From assembly GCF_963921235.1 (NCBI RefSeq), contig NC_086101.1:10232001-10296000 (forward strand): a stretch of DNA of 64,000 nucleotides, written 5' to 3'. The DNA comes from Mobula hypostoma (taxonomy: Eukaryota). Both the position numbers and the translations under genes were made by a program. Numbering within the stretch: position 1 is the stretch's first letter; each line of letters begins with the position of its first letter. Shown piece after piece: positions 62,101 to 64,000 of the stretch. Under the pieces are notes generated by a model. It saw nothing but the letters and a program-made list of their open reading frames with translations. It made no database searches and was not told the origin of the DNA.

Positions 62101-64000
62101 ACTTGTGTCCCACATGTGGGCGAGCCTTCAGGGCCCGGATTGGCCTCATCAGTCACCTCCGGACCCACAGCCACCAATCTCCCATTTGACTTTGAAGCCA
62201 TGGTCATCTTCGACTATGAAGGACGAACAGCAGCAGCAACAGCGAGTACAGCAGGGGGCTGAGTACACAGCCTTGTGGGGCACCGGTGCTCAGAGTGATT
62301 GTAGAGGAGAGATTGTCCCCTATTTTTACAGCCTGGGTCCTGTCTGTGAGGAAGTTGAAGATCCAGCTGCAGATCTGAGTGCTAAGGCCCAGGGTCTGGA
62401 GCTTAGGAATCAGTTTATTTGGAAGGATGATATTAAAGGCAGGGCTGTAGTCAATGAATAGGAGCCTTATGTATGCGTCTTTATTCTCCAGGTGTTCCAA
62501 GGAGGAACGTAGGGCCAGAGAGATGGCATCTGCCGTTGACCTGTTGCTCCGGTAGGCGAATTGCAAAGCGTCGAGGTTGACCGGTAGGCTGTGGTTGATG
62601 TGTGCCATAACCAATCGCTCGAAGCACTTCATAGCAATTGATGTCAGAGCCACAGGTCGATAGTCATTCAGGCATGCCACCTTGCTCTTCTTCGGCACTG
62701 GGATTATCGTTGCCTTCTTAAAACATGAGGGGATCTTATACTGAAGCAAGGAGCAGCTGAAGATGTCAGCAAACATTCCAGCTAGCTCGCTTGCACAGGC
62801 CCAGAGAACCCATCCCGGGACGCCATCTGGGCCCGTCGCCTTCCTTGGATTTATCTTCAGGAAGGCCCTTCTAACGTCCTCCTCGGTGACGATGAATCTC
62901 GATTCCACCAGGTCCGGTTCATCCCGGGTGAGCGCGATGCTCCTCTTCCGTTAGAATCTTGCGTAGAATACGTTAAGTTCATCAGGAAGAAAAGCACCAC
63001 AGTTATTGATATTCCCAGCCTTTTCTTTTCTCCCAGTGATCTCATTTAGACCCTGCCATAGTTTACTGGCATTCCTTTGGTTAGCCTGGGCTTCCAACTT
63101 GGCTCGATATTGCCTCTTGGCACCCTTAATGGCTTTCCGGAGTTCACGCCTGGATTCCGTGTAGCGACTGGTATCCCCGGATCTAAAAGCCGCAGCTCTA
63201 GCCTTTAAAAGGGACTTGACCTCACAATTCATCCAAGGTTTCCGGTTAGGGAATACCTGGATCCTCTGTGCATTTCCAAATAAAGTCCATGACAGCTGAG
63301 GCATACTCTTCGAGGTTAGCTGCCGAGTCCTTGAATACTAACCAGTCCACCGATTCAAAGCAGTCACAGAGGACCTCATCCGTTTCCTCTGACCAACGCG
63401 ACACTACTTTTGACACCGTGACCTCCTGCTTCAGTTTCTGTTTGTAAGCCGGGAGGAGTATGGCCTGATGGCCCGATTTTCCGAAGTGAGGCCATGGGAC
63501 AGAACAGTAGGCATCCTTGACTGCTGTGTAGCAGTGGTCAAGTATATTCGGGCGTCTAGTGGGGCAGGAGACATGTTGGGATAACTTCGGCAGCGCCTTT
63601 CTGAGGTTGGCCTGGTTAAAGTCCCTGGCTGTAATGAACAAAGCCTCCAGATACCTGGTCTCAAGTTCACTGATGTTGGCATACAGTATGTTCAGAGCAC
63701 ACTCCACGTCCGCCTGGGGGGGGGGGAATGTAGACCACTGTCAGTATGACCGAGGTGAATTCCTGTGGCAGATAGTAGGGACGACACTTCACCGACAGGT
63801 GTTCCAGGTCCGGGCTGCAGGAGCTGGTCAGTTCCACTGTGTCCGAGCACCACCCAGTGTTGACCAGTAGGCAGACATCACCACCCCTCGTCTTGCCCGA
63901 AGACGCCGTGCGGTCCATCTGATGGATCAAAAATCCCTCCGGTCGGATGGCACAGTCGGGGGTGGCAGGGGAGAGCCAGGTCTCGGTGAAACAGAATACA
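59152..64000 (-). mobile_element. Rex1/Babar LINE (APE and RT), interrupted by RTE, running off the window end
   Basis: CRPYYLPQEFT, NPRKATGPDGVP, DYRPVALTS, GAPQGCVLSPLLYSL, AHQRLYFLRKL. Confidence 0.92.
60120..62238 (+). mobile_element. RTE-clade LINE, 5'-truncated
   Basis: 540-aa frame 60289-61911 (PESQCGFR, KAFDTVSR, LLFADDC, LLYASETW); C-terminal C2H2 CPTCGRAFRARIGLISHLRTH; (CAG/CAA) tail. Confidence 0.93.

Noticed and set aside
1..64000. CRISPR arrays, rRNA/tRNA genes, prokaryotic operons
   Set aside because: None seen. The recurring short repeats are LINE tails, and the tRNA-like boxes belong to decayed SINEs.

Overview
Repeat-saturated vertebrate genomic DNA. The repeat content (CR1, V-SINE, Penelope, Rex1) suggests a cartilaginous fish, probably a ray; this is inference. 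The only host gene I can support is a + strand butyrophilin-like (BTN/BTNL, B7-family) gene. Its three phase-1 exons (signal peptide 6699-6756, IgV 16834-17181, IgC 45085-45363) splice into one open frame, but no TM or B30.2 exon was found in the window. Most of the remainder is nested mobile DNA: many CR1 LINEs, L1-clade, Rex1/Babar, RTE, a Nimb/I fragment, two Gypsy remnants, a solo LTR, a hAT-Charlie remnant, V-SINEs and Penelope-like elements (PLEs). The most interesting signals are: (1) a Gypsy element with no tRNA primer site but a perfect 15-nt complement to its own LTR, plus a YLDN RT motif; (2) minimal hammerhead ribozyme motifs in PLE termini, with several short copies truncated or folded back at the ribozyme; (3) two unrelated elements inserted at adjacent positions of the same motif in two Rex1 copies. 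Boundaries without a TSD or splice site are approximate.
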